Shown here one piece after another: positions 17,968 to 28,504 of a stretch of DNA of 64,000 nucleotides. The notes beneath the pieces were generated by a model that worked only from the letters and a program-made list of their open reading frames with translations, was not told the origin of the DNA and searched no databases. The translations under genes and the position numbers were made by a program. The stretch is from a virus. The DNA lies in IMG/VR virus record IMGVR_UViG_3300027973_000044, positions 1 to 64,000 of that record, one strand, 5' to 3'. Numbering within the stretch: position 1 is the stretch's first letter; every line of letters starts with the position of its first letter.

Positions 17968-20385
17968 ATGGCCAGAACTATTCAAAGTCCAGGAGTTGAG
18001 ATTAGAGAAGTCGATCTTACACTGCGACCAGTTGTCAATCAGGGTACTAGTATTTTCATCACTGGGTTTTCCAATCAAGGACCAGTTGACGAAGTTTTAG
18101 AGCCAACAAGCATTAGCGATTTTGAGCAAATATACGGTCTGCCCACCAATGCTGCAGAGCGTTATTTTTATTATACAGTCAAAGCAGCGCTGCAAGCTCC
18201 AATTCAATTGAAACTAACCAGATTGCCTTATGGTGAAGCAAAAGGTGAAGGATTTGAAGCCTGGAGATATAGTGCACTGGCTTATCCTGTTATTGGTCTC
18301 ACTACAAACACAACAGCATTAACATCGAACTACAGCTACTCATTATCTGCTGCCAGTACATATATTCTTGGCAACCCAACACATTTGGAGTTAGATCTCG
18401 ATCAATACCAAGAACTGTTAAACAACAACATCGATTGGTCCAACAACCCATCACTCACAGGTGGCGCTGCTGGTACGAAGTTTAGTTATGATACACTAGG
18501 TCAAGCCGGTTTGGTCATCCTGAATCGTGCACAAACAACTGTCAACAATCGTTTTGAAGGCTATTATGTTGGCTTAACTGACAACAATAACAATAATCCT
18601 GCAACACCTTTTGATGGCATCCTTGGTGTTAATGCCATTGGCAACAGTTCTACTGCTATTAATAGCTACATTGAAGTGCCAACAACTCGCTTGAACTTCA
18701 CATTGAGCGCTACAAAGTTTGGTGATGGGTCAAGTGTCAGTGAGGTGATGGAGAATATTACCAATTATGATCTTGGTAATGCTACATTCTCTGATACACT
18801 CACTCTGGGTATTTTCAAACTACGTCAAAGCGTATTTTCACCAGATGTTATTTCATTGGATTACGTTCTTTCTGAGCGCCATGTGGGTTCGTTAGATTAT
18901 CACAGACAGATTGCCACGGAGACTGGTGGACCTGCAGTCAGCTTCTACCTAGGCACAAATGCTGCTGTATCGCCCAATATCCGTATCCTAGGCAATCCAT
19001 ACGTCACAAACCGTTATCTTGATACATGGTTAGGCAATGATGGCTTACCTGCAAAGAAGGTGAGAATGGCTTCCAACAGTCTTGCTCAACCATTCAGGAC
19101 ACAGGGTTACGTGGACAATCATACCTCTTATGTGACTCGTGTAGGTGCAGCTTCTGGTATGGTAGGGCAAGCAGTTGCTAGACTCGGTACTACAAGCACT
19201 CTTACCCCACTTGGTATCTATACTGATACAATTGTTACAAACAAGAATATCGGCAACTTACCTTCAAAATTAGAGCGTGCATTTGAACTTGTTGAAAACC
19301 CTGATCTATATCCAATTAATCTTGCTCTCGAAGCCGGTTTAGGATCAATCTATGTTGGTGTAACAGAAGAAGCAAACAGAACTGGTACACCTCTATCCGC
19401 TTGTGGTCCTTACATTGATACAACACCGATTAATACATTGAGCGGCTTCTTCACTACAAATAATGAACTGCTCGACAATGATGGATTGCGCATTCGTGCC
19501 AATTACAACGCTGTTGCTAGCATATTTGTCAATCAAGCTCAAAACCAACGCAAAGACTTCATGGTAATTCTTGATGCGTTGAGACACATCTTTGTGCAAG
19601 GTGACAATAACAAAGTCATTACGTCAAAGAAATTGTGGAGTCCCAACGCTGGTGTTGATCCAAATCCTTTTGCACCTGGTTATGTTAATACAAACTTTAG
19701 CCAACACATCTACTGGCCCTTGAGACATCAATACAGCTTATTGAATACCAGCTACGCTTGTACATATGCTACAGTTGCTCAAGTGTTAGATACAGTGAGC
19801 AATCGCCAAGTCTGGGTACCATTCTCTGGATTTGCAGCAGCTGCCATGGGTAATACTGATGCTAACTTCCAGCCTTGGTTTGCACCAGCTGGATTTACAA
19901 GGGGCACTCTGGTTGGTGTGAATGACGTTGGCATCTATCCTAAGATGAAGCAACGTGATCAGCTCTATAAGATCGGGTTGAATCCAGTTCCATTCTTCCC
20001 TGTTGAAGGTTTTGTAATCTTTGGACAAAAGACACTACTAAAGAAACCAAGCGCATTCGATCGTATTAATGTACGCAGATTGTTCTTGAATCTTGAAGTA
20101 GCAACTCGCGATACTGTTAAGTTCTTTATATTTGAACCTAACACATTGTTCACCAGAACGCAAGTTGTAAATGTCTTGACACCTATCTTTGAGAACGCAA
20201 AGAATACTGAAGGGGTTTATGATTACCTCATCATTTGTGATGAGCGCAACAATACACCTGAAGTGATCGATAATAATGAAATGAAGGTAGATATCTATCT
20301 CAAGCCTGTACGTGCTGCAGAGTTTATCTTGGTAAGCTTCTATGCAACTCGCACAAGTCAAAACTTCCAGGAGTTAGTCTCATAA
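17968..20385 (+). CDS. gp18: Contractile tail sheath protein (gp18-like)
   Basis: SPGVEIREVDLT N-terminus, PWFAPAGFTRG, RDQLYKIGLNP, GQKTL, FDRINVRRLFL, FEPN, ICDERNNT, KPVRAAEFI. Confidence 0.96.
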   Translation: MARTIQSPGVEIREVDLTLRPVVNQGTSIFITGFSNQGPVDEVLEPTSISDFEQIYGLPTNAAERYFYYTVKAALQAPIQLKLTRLPYGEAKGEGFEAWRYSALAYPVIGLTTNTTALTSNYSYSLSAASTYILGNPTHLELDLDQYQELLNNNIDWSNNPSLTGGAAGTKFSYDTLGQAGLVILNRAQTTVNNRFEGYYVGLTDNNNNNPATPFDGILGVNAIGNSSTAINSYIEVPTTRLNFTLSATKFGDGSSVSEVMENITNYDLGNATFSDTLTLGIFKLRQSVFSPDVISLDYVLSERHVGSLDYHRQIATETGGPAVSFYLGTNAAVSPNIRILGNPYVTNRYLDTWLGNDGLPAKKVRMASNSLAQPFRTQGYVDNHTSYVTRVGAASGMVGQAVARLGTTSTLTPLGIYTDTIVTNKNIGNLPSKLERAFELVENPDLYPINLALEAGLGSIYVGVTEEANRTGTPLSACGPYIDTTPINTLSGFFTTNNELLDNDGLRIRANYNAVASIFVNQAQNQRKDFMVILDALRHIFVQGDNNKVITSKKLWSPNAGVDPNPFAPGYVNTNFSQHIYWPLRHQYSLLNTSYACTYATVAQVLDTVSNRQVWVPFSGFAAAAMGNTDANFQPWFAPAGFTRGTLVGVNDVGIYPKMKQRDQLYKIGLNPVPFFPVEGFVIFGQKTLLKKPSAFDRINVRRLFLNLEVATRDTVKFFIFEPNTLFTRTQVVNVLTPIFENAKNTEGVYDYLIICDERNNTPEVIDNNEMKVDIYLKPVRAAEFILVSFYATRTSQNFQELVS

Positions 20386-20411
20386 TTAAACCGGAGAATA
20401 AATAATACATC

Positions 20412-20966
20412 ATGGCTGACGTAAAACAATTAATTTCCGACTTTTATAGAGTAGCTTCCGCGAGAGACTTTCAACGCGATTTTCAATTTCGTGTTCTGAG
20501 CATCACACCCGCAGGCACAACTGTAACATTTGATGAGAATGATCTTGTATATGCAAAAGCAGCAACATTACCTGCTCGTGCCATCAACAATGTTCAAGCC
20601 CGTTACATGGGATTGAATTTCAATCTACCTGGCACAGTCAATTATCCAAACAGTGAAAATTACACATTAACATTCTACAACGATTCTAAGAATAATCTTA
20701 GACAAAAGTTTGAAGATTGGACACGCGATACATTTAATGATGCCAATAGTACTGGTAATTATTTTACACCAACACAAGCTAGCACCATTGATTTGGTTCA
20801 GCTCGACACACAAATGAACAGAGTTGCTCAATATCAACTTGTGGGTGTCAGTATTCGTAATGTTGGTGCAATTGAGTATCCAATCAGTGAAGGCACTGGA
20901 ACAATTATCAGCTTCCCTGTTGGTTTGGCTTATCACTATTTCACACGCAAAGAAGTCAACGATTAA
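20412..20966 (+). CDS. gp19: Tail tube protein (gp19-like)
   Basis: Follows sheath; AATLPA, YMG...LPG, LTFYND....RQKFEDW, QLD, YQLVG, F.V..AYHYF. Confidence 0.85.
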   Translation: MADVKQLISDFYRVASARDFQRDFQFRVLSITPAGTTVTFDENDLVYAKAATLPARAINNVQARYMGLNFNLPGTVNYPNSENYTLTFYNDSKNNLRQKFEDWTRDTFNDANSTGNYFTPTQASTIDLVQLDTQMNRVAQYQLVGVSIRNVGAIEYPISEGTGTIISFPVGLAYHYFTRKEVND

Positions 20967-21003
20967 GATAATCGATTCTCCTAACCAGCCATAAATATAT
21001 CAA

Positions 21004-21957
21004 ATGGCCGGTCTCAATAATCCAATTACTAATGCCTTTCAAGGGCTTACCGATAATGTTATAGGCATTGGCAGAGGTACAAATCCCCTCAGTCAACCGC
21101 AGATAACTAATTTACTTGGATTTAATATACCTGGTGTACCGCTGATCAGTACACGTGATTACTTCTTACTTCAACTTCAAAGCTGGCTGACATCAATACC
21201 ATTGCAAACACAATGGATTGCCATAGTCGATAGCTTTCCCTATGCCTTGAGAAGTGATATTATTCAAGGGCTCGAAAGAACAGATGGTGGCAAGAAAGGT
21301 TTTGATATTGACCAAGCTAAAACATTACTAACGAGTTATCCTTTTCAAAAAGTCATTGGATGTGTATTTGCACAAGGTGCTCAAATCCCCGGTGAAACTT
21401 ATGATACTGCTGATGTGCCAATTGATAATAATAGGGGGTTTGTGCCAGGTATAGTTTCAGGAAATCGCCGCGGATATGCACAAGTACCATTGCAATTGAG
21501 TTTTCTTGAAACCAACACAAGCATTGTTGATTTCGTTTTCCGCCCATGGGTAATGCTGGCCAGCCATTATGGGTTGGTCGCCCGGCCTGGCGATCTTCCT
21601 GGTAGTAAAGATTATTTCAATGTAAAAAGTAACATAACTTTATTGTGTTACACACGTAGCTATCAAAATATAAGTCAGATACCGCGCAAAGTTTTTACCT
21701 TTTATAATGTTACACCCACTCTTATTAACAATATTAATCTTGACTATCAGGATGAACCCACACAGGCAACAGCATATTCTGTCAACTTTACATACACCAA
21801 TTATACCATTCAAAATAGCATGTATTTCCCGTTAGCAGATATCATACAAACAGTTGGCAACGTGACCAATGGCAAATACACACCTGTGGTATCACCATTG
21901 CAGACAACAAACGCTACAAATAGCAATCCACCTCCCAATGTGGCTGGTTTCTTTTAA
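21004..21957 (+). CDS. Tube-fold baseplate protein (gp54-like tail tube initiator)
   Basis: AQIPGE, LQLSFLETN...FRPWV, FTFYNVTP, VNFTYTNY; CATAAATA upstream. Confidence 0.6.
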   Translation: MAGLNNPITNAFQGLTDNVIGIGRGTNPLSQPQITNLLGFNIPGVPLISTRDYFLLQLQSWLTSIPLQTQWIAIVDSFPYALRSDIIQGLERTDGGKKGFDIDQAKTLLTSYPFQKVIGCVFAQGAQIPGETYDTADVPIDNNRGFVPGIVSGNRRGYAQVPLQLSFLETNTSIVDFVFRPWVMLASHYGLVARPGDLPGSKDYFNVKSNITLLCYTRSYQNISQIPRKVFTFYNVTPTLINNINLDYQDEPTQATAYSVNFTYTNYTIQNSMYFPLADIIQTVGNVTNGKYTPVVSPLQTTNATNSNPPPNVAGFF

Positions 21958-21977
21958 TTTTTTTTCTAAATTATTAC

Positions 21978-22811
21978 ATGGATTTTTATCTCAATTGTTG
22001 GGTTCCAACGCTCAGTGGATATGCACGAATTTCTGAATTAAAAAATTCACAATTACAAGTATTGTCAAAGTATATTCTTAATGAAGATCATGCAGGCACA
22101 AGCGATTGTTTTGATTTGATATTACAAGACAACTTACAGGACAAAGATGTAATTAAAAATCTTACTAGGTTTGATAAATGGTTTATATTTTGTTTTTTAA
22201 GAGCTACAAATATTTCTCCTGTTGTTTACATTCAATCCGCAACCAAGGACGGGGCACCGTGCAACATTGAATTGCAATTGTTTGATTTGCTTACAAAGCT
22301 TTCTGAGGCTACTCTCTCCTATAGGTCTATTGTGACGATTGAAGATCTAGATTTTAATATCCAAGCATCAAAAAATCTTTTCTCTGGAAATACACTTGCA
22401 GATTCAATTGAATCCATACATGTAAAAGATACAAACACAGTGATTAATGATAAGACTTCATTGCTGCAAGTGGTGAGTGACAACCATGGTATTGCAATTT
22501 TAATTAAAGACCATCTGGCAAAACTGGATCAACAGTCCAATTTTAAGTTAATAGAAAATAGAAACAAGGATATAACCATCAAAGATATACCTGTGAGGCT
22601 ATACGATAATACATTGTTTCTCTTTCTTAGATCAATTTATCTCCCGTTTTGCAGAGGGGTATACGTGAAGCAGTACGATTTAATGAAAAAGTTAAATATT
22701 GATTTTAAGAGCATAAAAGATCTTACTCCTCTAGAAGGAGAAATACTTCTCAATCTTCATAACGAAGCAGAAGCTGACAAGAAATCCAAAAGAAATACAG
22801 ATCGGCATTAA
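21978..22811 (+). CDS. Baseplate hub assembly protein (gp26/gp51-like)
   Basis: LTRFDKWFIFCFLRA, C-terminal IKDLTPLEGEILL motif; synteny. Confidence 0.55.
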   Translation: MDFYLNCWVPTLSGYARISELKNSQLQVLSKYILNEDHAGTSDCFDLILQDNLQDKDVIKNLTRFDKWFIFCFLRATNISPVVYIQSATKDGAPCNIELQLFDLLTKLSEATLSYRSIVTIEDLDFNIQASKNLFSGNTLADSIESIHVKDTNTVINDKTSLLQVVSDNHGIAILIKDHLAKLDQQSNFKLIENRNKDITIKDIPVRLYDNTLFLFLRSIYLPFCRGVYVKQYDLMKKLNIDFKSIKDLTPLEGEILLNLHNEAEADKKSKRNTDRH

Positions 22812-22836
22812 TAGAATTACTGTATAAATATAGTAT

Positions 22837-24237
22837 ATGGCTGATGTACAGTTAGACAATAAAGGCGATATTACTCTTTTAAGTATTACTGACAAAATTA
22901 AGAAGGCAGATCAGACTGCCAGAGAAATGTACACCAGGTTGGATAGGTTCATGGAGGCTTCAGCTAGAAAAGAAAAAAACGCTAAAGACGAAGCTAGTTT
23001 GGCCAAATCAAAAGAATCTAAGGATAATGAACAAACTCAGAAAGAACCTGTAGCAAAGCAAGAAATTGCTGAAACTGCTAAGAGCACGGATACTGATGAA
23101 TTGATGAATAGTGTCATGGGTGAGGTTTCTGACCAACTAAGCAAAGCCAATTTACAAGCAGATACACTGGAGCTGCAAGAAGATTTAAACACAAAAACTA
23201 TTTTAAATGCTGTCAGTGAGCAAAACAAACAAACACCACCTCCAGTAGTACCGACTGAAGTCAAGACCTCTGAGCCTACCAAACCACAACAGCCTGCAGA
23301 TCAGAAAGAATCATTCAAAGCTAGTCCTGTTGAGCCTATCAAGATCGAGGTGACAGCGGAACCAAAGCAACCCACAGAACCAGATCAAACAGAGCCACTC
23401 AAGGCTACAGAACCTGTAGAAATGTTGACAACCACTGCACCAGTAGCAAGCAAAACATTTGAAGAGGCAAAATTAGATATGCCTGTGGTTTCACAAACAC
23501 CGGTGATGGAGGTTTCTCCTGCACAGGAACTGCCTGTTGCTGCAACATCACCTGCACCTGAATTGCAAGAAAATACCAAAACCTTGAAACCAGAGATTGC
23601 AAAAACAGAACTCCCCACAGTAATAGAAAAGCCATTAGAGGTTGAAACATCCAAAGAACCTGTTGTAGCTGTTACTGAAGCAGTCAATTCACCAGAACCT
23701 GCATTGCCTGATGTATTTGAAGCACCACAAGTACTCAAAATGCCACCCACATCCAATAACATAGAAGATTTTCTCAATACACCTCAGGATGTAATACCTG
23801 AAATAAGCATGCCTGAGACAGCAGAGACACCAGTCGAGCCGTTTGTTGCAAGTAGAGAATCTACATCTACACAAGAATTTCCAAACATAGTAGCTTCTAC
23901 ACAGGCAACAGAGCGAGAAGCTTCCTTAAATTTAACTGATGAGAGTTTGGTGACGATTGGAAAAAGTCTTGATAATATGTCACAGCAAATGAAGCAAAAT
24001 CAAGAAAAAATTGCTACTTCGCTGAGCAATCTCAACAGTACTGCGGTAGAAATTTTAAAATTACTACCCACGCTACAGCAACGTAGCAGTGACCAACCAA
24101 TGAGAGGTGCCTCTAATAGTCGAGTAAACACCATTGATTCAAGTAATATGATAGGAAATTTTCGTGATTCTCTTAACCTAACAACAAAGGGATACAACAG
24201 GAATACTGTGTTCCCTGGAAATAATAGTATCACATGA
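22837..24237 (+). CDS. Pro/Glu/Thr-rich low-complexity protein at the tape-measure/gp29 position
   Basis: 466 aa; helical termini and a PEST-like middle; TATAAATA at 22823-22830. Confidence 0.55.
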   Translation: MADVQLDNKGDITLLSITDKIKKADQTAREMYTRLDRFMEASARKEKNAKDEASLAKSKESKDNEQTQKEPVAKQEIAETAKSTDTDELMNSVMGEVSDQLSKANLQADTLELQEDLNTKTILNAVSEQNKQTPPPVVPTEVKTSEPTKPQQPADQKESFKASPVEPIKIEVTAEPKQPTEPDQTEPLKATEPVEMLTTTAPVASKTFEEAKLDMPVVSQTPVMEVSPAQELPVAATSPAPELQENTKTLKPEIAKTELPTVIEKPLEVETSKEPVVAVTEAVNSPEPALPDVFEAPQVLKMPPTSNNIEDFLNTPQDVIPEISMPETAETPVEPFVASRESTSTQEFPNIVASTQATEREASLNLTDESLVTIGKSLDNMSQQMKQNQEKIATSLSNLNSTAVEILKLLPTLQQRSSDQPMRGASNSRVNTIDSSNMIGNFRDSLNLTTKGYNRNTVFPGNNSIT

Positions 24238-25685
24238 GTCTGTATGCATTTACAAATTTTGAACAACCGTTTCCGCGGTTGCAAGGTGCACCCAGACTAG
24301 TACCCGCCGGTGCTGTTGGCGGATCAGGATCCAACTTTCTTAGTCAAGATAGTCCAGGCTATAGTTTGATTGATGTTATTAACGACTTTCAATGGACAAC
24401 TTCTCCCAAATCTGGCAGACAGGAAGTACCAGCTTTGTTCTTGAAAGAGAAAAGATTAAAGACAAACGCCATGATGGCTCAAGTTGCTTATTATGGTCTT
24501 GCCTTGGGCAATGTTATTGCTGGTTCAATCGCTGGGTTTAATAATTTACCAGCCAATCTGCAGCCCTTGATAACGGGGGCCGTTGGTGGCTTGGTTGGAA
24601 ATAAATTTGGGCAAATATTTCAAGGCGGTGCCACAGGGCTTGGGTCCTTTTTATCTGGCTTGGCCGGGAGCAGACCAGAGCTAGCTGCCGCTTTCAATGT
24701 ATTTGGTGGTGCCACTGGTACCATTGGGAGAACTGGTGCAATTGCTGCAGGTACTGCGATTGGTTACGGTGTTGATAGTAGTCTGCCTTCAGCAGGCTTG
24801 AATGCACTATATCAGGCTATACCACAATTAAACAAATATATTCCACAGAGATTTAATATTGACAGCCTGGGAAGTGATATTCTTGGTCCATATGAAGGTC
24901 TTTATATAACAGAAGATACCAAATTTCTTTATAGTTTTCCTTACTTTAGTGATGAGCAGAACTCAATATCAAATTCTTTTGGAGAGTCGGATGGGGTTTT
25001 TACGGGCATCGATCCTTTGAATATAAATGCTCTTGCTCAAAGTATGAGGGGAGCAGCAGGCTATATATCAGGCATATCCAACTTCGATGCTCCAGGAATT
25101 TATATAGAAAAGCCAAAGTTCTTTAACTTCAAAGAAGAAGGAGAACGTATTAGATTTAGATTCCCATTAATCAATACAGGTTGGTCCACATTTGAAGATG
25201 TCTCTAGGCATTGGCAGCTTCTTTATTTGCTTGCATATCAGAATCGCCCCAACAGAAGAAGTCGCGATCTAATTGACCCTGCAGTAATATATGAAGTAAC
25301 TATTCCTGGTGTTCGCTTCTATCCCTTCTGTTATATTAGCGATATGAGTATAAATTTTGTTGGAGCAAGACGTAGAATGAATATTACAGCACCTGTTGGC
25401 GGCGGGTCATCAACAGTTAATACTATTGTGCCTGATGCATATTTGATAGATATTACTTTGACAACACTTGTATCGGAAACTCAAAACTTCTTATATTCCA
25501 TGCTACAGGACAGGCAGAATATTGTAACGGTCACAGATAATAATCCTGCACTAGATATCTTACAGCGAGAAATGAAAAGATCATACAATCAAGTTAACCT
25601 CACAAGTCAAACGACAACTGATCCATCGGGGGCACAAGCATTTGGTCGTGCTGCTAGTGATATAGCCACGAGGTTGGGATTATAA
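24234..25685 (+). CDS. Baseplate tube-cap-like protein (gp48-like) with a Gly/Ala-rich insert
   Basis: IYEVTIPGVRFYPFCYISDMSINFVG..., PDAYLIDITLT tube-fold motifs; directly upstream of the gp53-like gene. Confidence 0.5.
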   Translation: MSLYAFTNFEQPFPRLQGAPRLVPAGAVGGSGSNFLSQDSPGYSLIDVINDFQWTTSPKSGRQEVPALFLKEKRLKTNAMMAQVAYYGLALGNVIAGSIAGFNNLPANLQPLITGAVGGLVGNKFGQIFQGGATGLGSFLSGLAGSRPELAAAFNVFGGATGTIGRTGAIAAGTAIGYGVDSSLPSAGLNALYQAIPQLNKYIPQRFNIDSLGSDILGPYEGLYITEDTKFLYSFPYFSDEQNSISNSFGESDGVFTGIDPLNINALAQSMRGAAGYISGISNFDAPGIYIEKPKFFNFKEEGERIRFRFPLINTGWSTFEDVSRHWQLLYLLAYQNRPNRRSRDLIDPAVIYEVTIPGVRFYPFCYISDMSINFVGARRRMNITAPVGGGSSTVNTIVPDAYLIDITLTTLVSETQNFLYSMLQDRQNIVTVTDNNPALDILQREMKRSYNQVNLTSQTTTDPSGAQAFGRAASDIATRLGL

Positions 25686-25686
25686 T

Positions 25687-26079
25687 ATGATTGGTTTAAG
25701 TGCACTTGGATCGTTTAGACGAGACCTTAGAGTTCTTGGAGAAAACCCTGAAGTTAGCTATGAAAATATCTTCAGAATGTATAGTACTGAAAATACAGAT
25801 CAAGGAAATTTTCTATACTATAATTTACTCAATAGCGTGTATCTTCCTGATACATTGAGTCCAACAACATACTATACAATAACTCTCAATCGTCGATTGC
25901 CCTGGACAGCCATAAGCTACAATGAATATAGAACCATTGAGCTGTGGTGGTTGATAGCTTTGACTAATAAAGTGTTTAACCCTGTTCTGTATCCAGCGCC
26001 CGGTACAAAGCTTAATATAATTAAGCCCGAGCTAGTAAAAACAGTAATCAATGATATTACTACACAACTTAAGGGGTAG
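25687..26079 (+). CDS. gp53: Baseplate wedge protein (gp53-like, LysM-like)
   Basis: WTAISYNEYRTIELWWLIALTNKVFNP...PGTKLNI. Confidence 0.75.
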   Translation: MIGLSALGSFRRDLRVLGENPEVSYENIFRMYSTENTDQGNFLYYNLLNSVYLPDTLSPTTYYTITLNRRLPWTAISYNEYRTIELWWLIALTNKVFNPVLYPAPGTKLNIIKPELVKTVINDITTQLKG

Positions 26080-26081
26080 TC

Positions 26082-27659
26082 ATGAGTAATGCGGTAATCG
26101 ATAATTTATCTTTTGAAACAGGGTCAGAGCAGGTATACATTGGTGATACATACTATACATTTAACATGCAGCTAGTCAATAGTGATGGCAATAATGTTGG
26201 AATCAAATTTGGTAGTATTGTAGATTTTGGTATAACTGATAGTATTACTAATTTTTTTGCAGAAGGTTATCTTATATTTCGAAATGATCTGGATGCTCTA
26301 GAGAGTGTTCAGAGCGTCTCGACTGATGTTCGTGGAATGCCAGAAAATGCTTTTTCTCCATATGTTTTTCGTGGTGATGGTAGAGATTTGTTGGTGGTTA
26401 ATATAAAACCAGCTATATCTGTGGATGACGGTGACCCTGTCAATACTATGGGTCAAAATACAAACAATAATTTTGCATTGAATTATATTTTCTCTATACA
26501 CAACACTGAGGATATTATTTCTGAAAATAAAGATATGAAGCTCAAAAAGCTATACATACACGAGCAAAGTTTTCAAGTTTTAAATGAAAAAAATGCTTAT
26601 TTTACAACAGGCAAGGTAAGAAGTGGTGGCAATTCTCCTGTAGGCACAAGTAATGGTGAAAGAAGTGTTGAAACAGGTGAAGCAATACGCACTTTACTAT
26701 CTGAGGTACTTTCTAGAGACACAGATACGCAGCAAACTTTTGCAGCTGACTGGGATGTGGGTAGTAGCAAGATCTTCTATAGTAGCCCTGCAAACAACAA
26801 AGCAATCGATGATCTCTATTACCTATTAGATTATCATGTGAGTAGTAAAGAAAACGACTACTCTCCAGCTTTATTAAGAAAAGAAAAAAATAACACATGG
26901 TATTTGATACCCTTGACCAAGCTCTTTAAGACCGCTTACTATAAAGGCAATGAAAGCATGGGAAATCTAGGTGGAAGCAATCTTACAGAAAATTTTATAA
27001 TTGCAAAGCCTAATAGTGGTGATAGTCCACCGCTCACTGGTCCTGAAAGAAATCCCCAAGCTTCTCTATTTGCTAATAATTTTCCTGATTATTCCTATGC
27101 AGAGAATTTTGAAAATGCAGGCATGATGTCTGATGCTAGCACCTTCGGAGTAACAACTCACATGGTTCACAATTATGATCCCAGTACCAAGACTTTTTCT
27201 ATAGATATAACGGATAATAATATTAATGATTCTATGAAGCTATACAAAAGAAATTTTGTTCAAACACAAAAAGGGATTGCTGGAAACTCTCCAGGTCAAA
27301 ATTTTCCTCTGAATCAAATAAAATCTCAAAATAAAAATATTAATCATGTGTTTAATCCTAATCCTGATCAAAATATTAGATTAAATTCTGGACGAAACAA
27401 GATACTACTCAACACAGTTTTTAATAATAACACAATAGCATTTAGAACCAGAGGTAATACTGTGAGACAACCTGGTAAGTTTATTACTCTTGAGCGGAAA
27501 GATTTTGCAAATAACTCTACGTATGATAATAAAATATACGGCACGTATCTTGTAGTTAGGGTTGATCATGTGTTTAAGAATGATCAATATTATAACTATA
27601 TGGTGTGTACGAAGAGCTATTCTGCCGAACCCACAAGCAGCTCTAGCGACGTGATATGA
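26082..27659 (+). CDS. Baseplate hub protein (gp27/VgrG-N-like)
   Basis: ITDSITNFFAEGYL N-terminal part; RGNTVRQPGKFI, GTYLVVRVDHVF C-terminal motif. Confidence 0.65.
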   Translation: MSNAVIDNLSFETGSEQVYIGDTYYTFNMQLVNSDGNNVGIKFGSIVDFGITDSITNFFAEGYLIFRNDLDALESVQSVSTDVRGMPENAFSPYVFRGDGRDLLVVNIKPAISVDDGDPVNTMGQNTNNNFALNYIFSIHNTEDIISENKDMKLKKLYIHEQSFQVLNEKNAYFTTGKVRSGGNSPVGTSNGERSVETGEAIRTLLSEVLSRDTDTQQTFAADWDVGSSKIFYSSPANNKAIDDLYYLLDYHVSSKENDYSPALLRKEKNNTWYLIPLTKLFKTAYYKGNESMGNLGGSNLTENFIIAKPNSGDSPPLTGPERNPQASLFANNFPDYSYAENFENAGMMSDASTFGVTTHMVHNYDPSTKTFSIDITDNNINDSMKLYKRNFVQTQKGIAGNSPGQNFPLNQIKSQNKNINHVFNPNPDQNIRLNSGRNKILLNTVFNNNTIAFRTRGNTVRQPGKFITLERKDFANNSTYDNKIYGTYLVVRVDHVFKNDQYYNYMVCTKSYSAEPTSSSSDVI

Positions 27660-28504
27660 ACAACAAGACAACCACAGACCCACAACTCACACAAATTAAT
27701 CTTTTTTATAAGAAAGATTTCTATCAAAAAGCTTCTAATTTTTTAAGTACCATACAGGATTACTCATCAGAACTAGAAACAGCTATTAATTTCAACAAGT
27801 CAAAAGTACAGAACGATCCAATCACAGCACAAGCGGATTTCTTTGCAAATCTGGATAATCAAATGAAGAGCATGCAGCCACAGTTTGCTAGCTACTGGAT
27901 TAATGCCTTTAATACAAGCTTAGATCAAGTCAGAAACGAGGTACGTACGAAAATTGGTGACGGAACTTTCTTTAAGCCGTTTAGTGATAGCATTGGAAGT
28001 ATTGCACGTGCAGAAAATTATTTTGATGATTCCACGCAATTGATTAGCGATATTCAGGGAAGTCAAATGATGACGCCATTGCGATATGGCTCTTCTTTGA
28101 CGAACAAAATACACCCTGCAACCCTTTTGTTACACGGAGAAATGAGTAAAAAGACTAATTTAGTTTTCAGAAAAAATCTTCAAAATATTCAATCCAAGGT
28201 ATCGTCGAGCACAAAAGCCCATGGCGATAACCTTGTTCCAGATACTGAACATTTCAAGAGAATGCAAGGAATCGTGAGTACATTGAACCAGAAAATTCAA
28301 AGTGAATATAAGGAACTCTACAGTGTAATAGATTTTTATTGTAAATATAATCCACGTGCTGCAACAAACAACTTACAATATGTACCGAATTATAATATTA
28401 CAGTAAGTGTTGAGGGTAACCCAATTAATCAAGATATTCTCTTTAATCAATTGCAAGACATCCAGAGTACACTTACGACGAAGAAAGTGTTGGGTGTAGG
28501 GTAA
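27656..28504 (+). CDS. Hypothetical protein in the baseplate operon
   Basis: 282 aa, ATGA-coupled to the hub gene. Confidence 0.6.
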   Translation: MNNKTTTDPQLTQINLFYKKDFYQKASNFLSTIQDYSSELETAINFNKSKVQNDPITAQADFFANLDNQMKSMQPQFASYWINAFNTSLDQVRNEVRTKIGDGTFFKPFSDSIGSIARAENYFDDSTQLISDIQGSQMMTPLRYGSSLTNKIHPATLLLHGEMSKKTNLVFRKNLQNIQSKVSSSTKAHGDNLVPDTEHFKRMQGIVSTLNQKIQSEYKELYSVIDFYCKYNPRAATNNLQYVPNYNITVSVEGNPINQDILFNQLQDIQSTLTTKKVLGVG

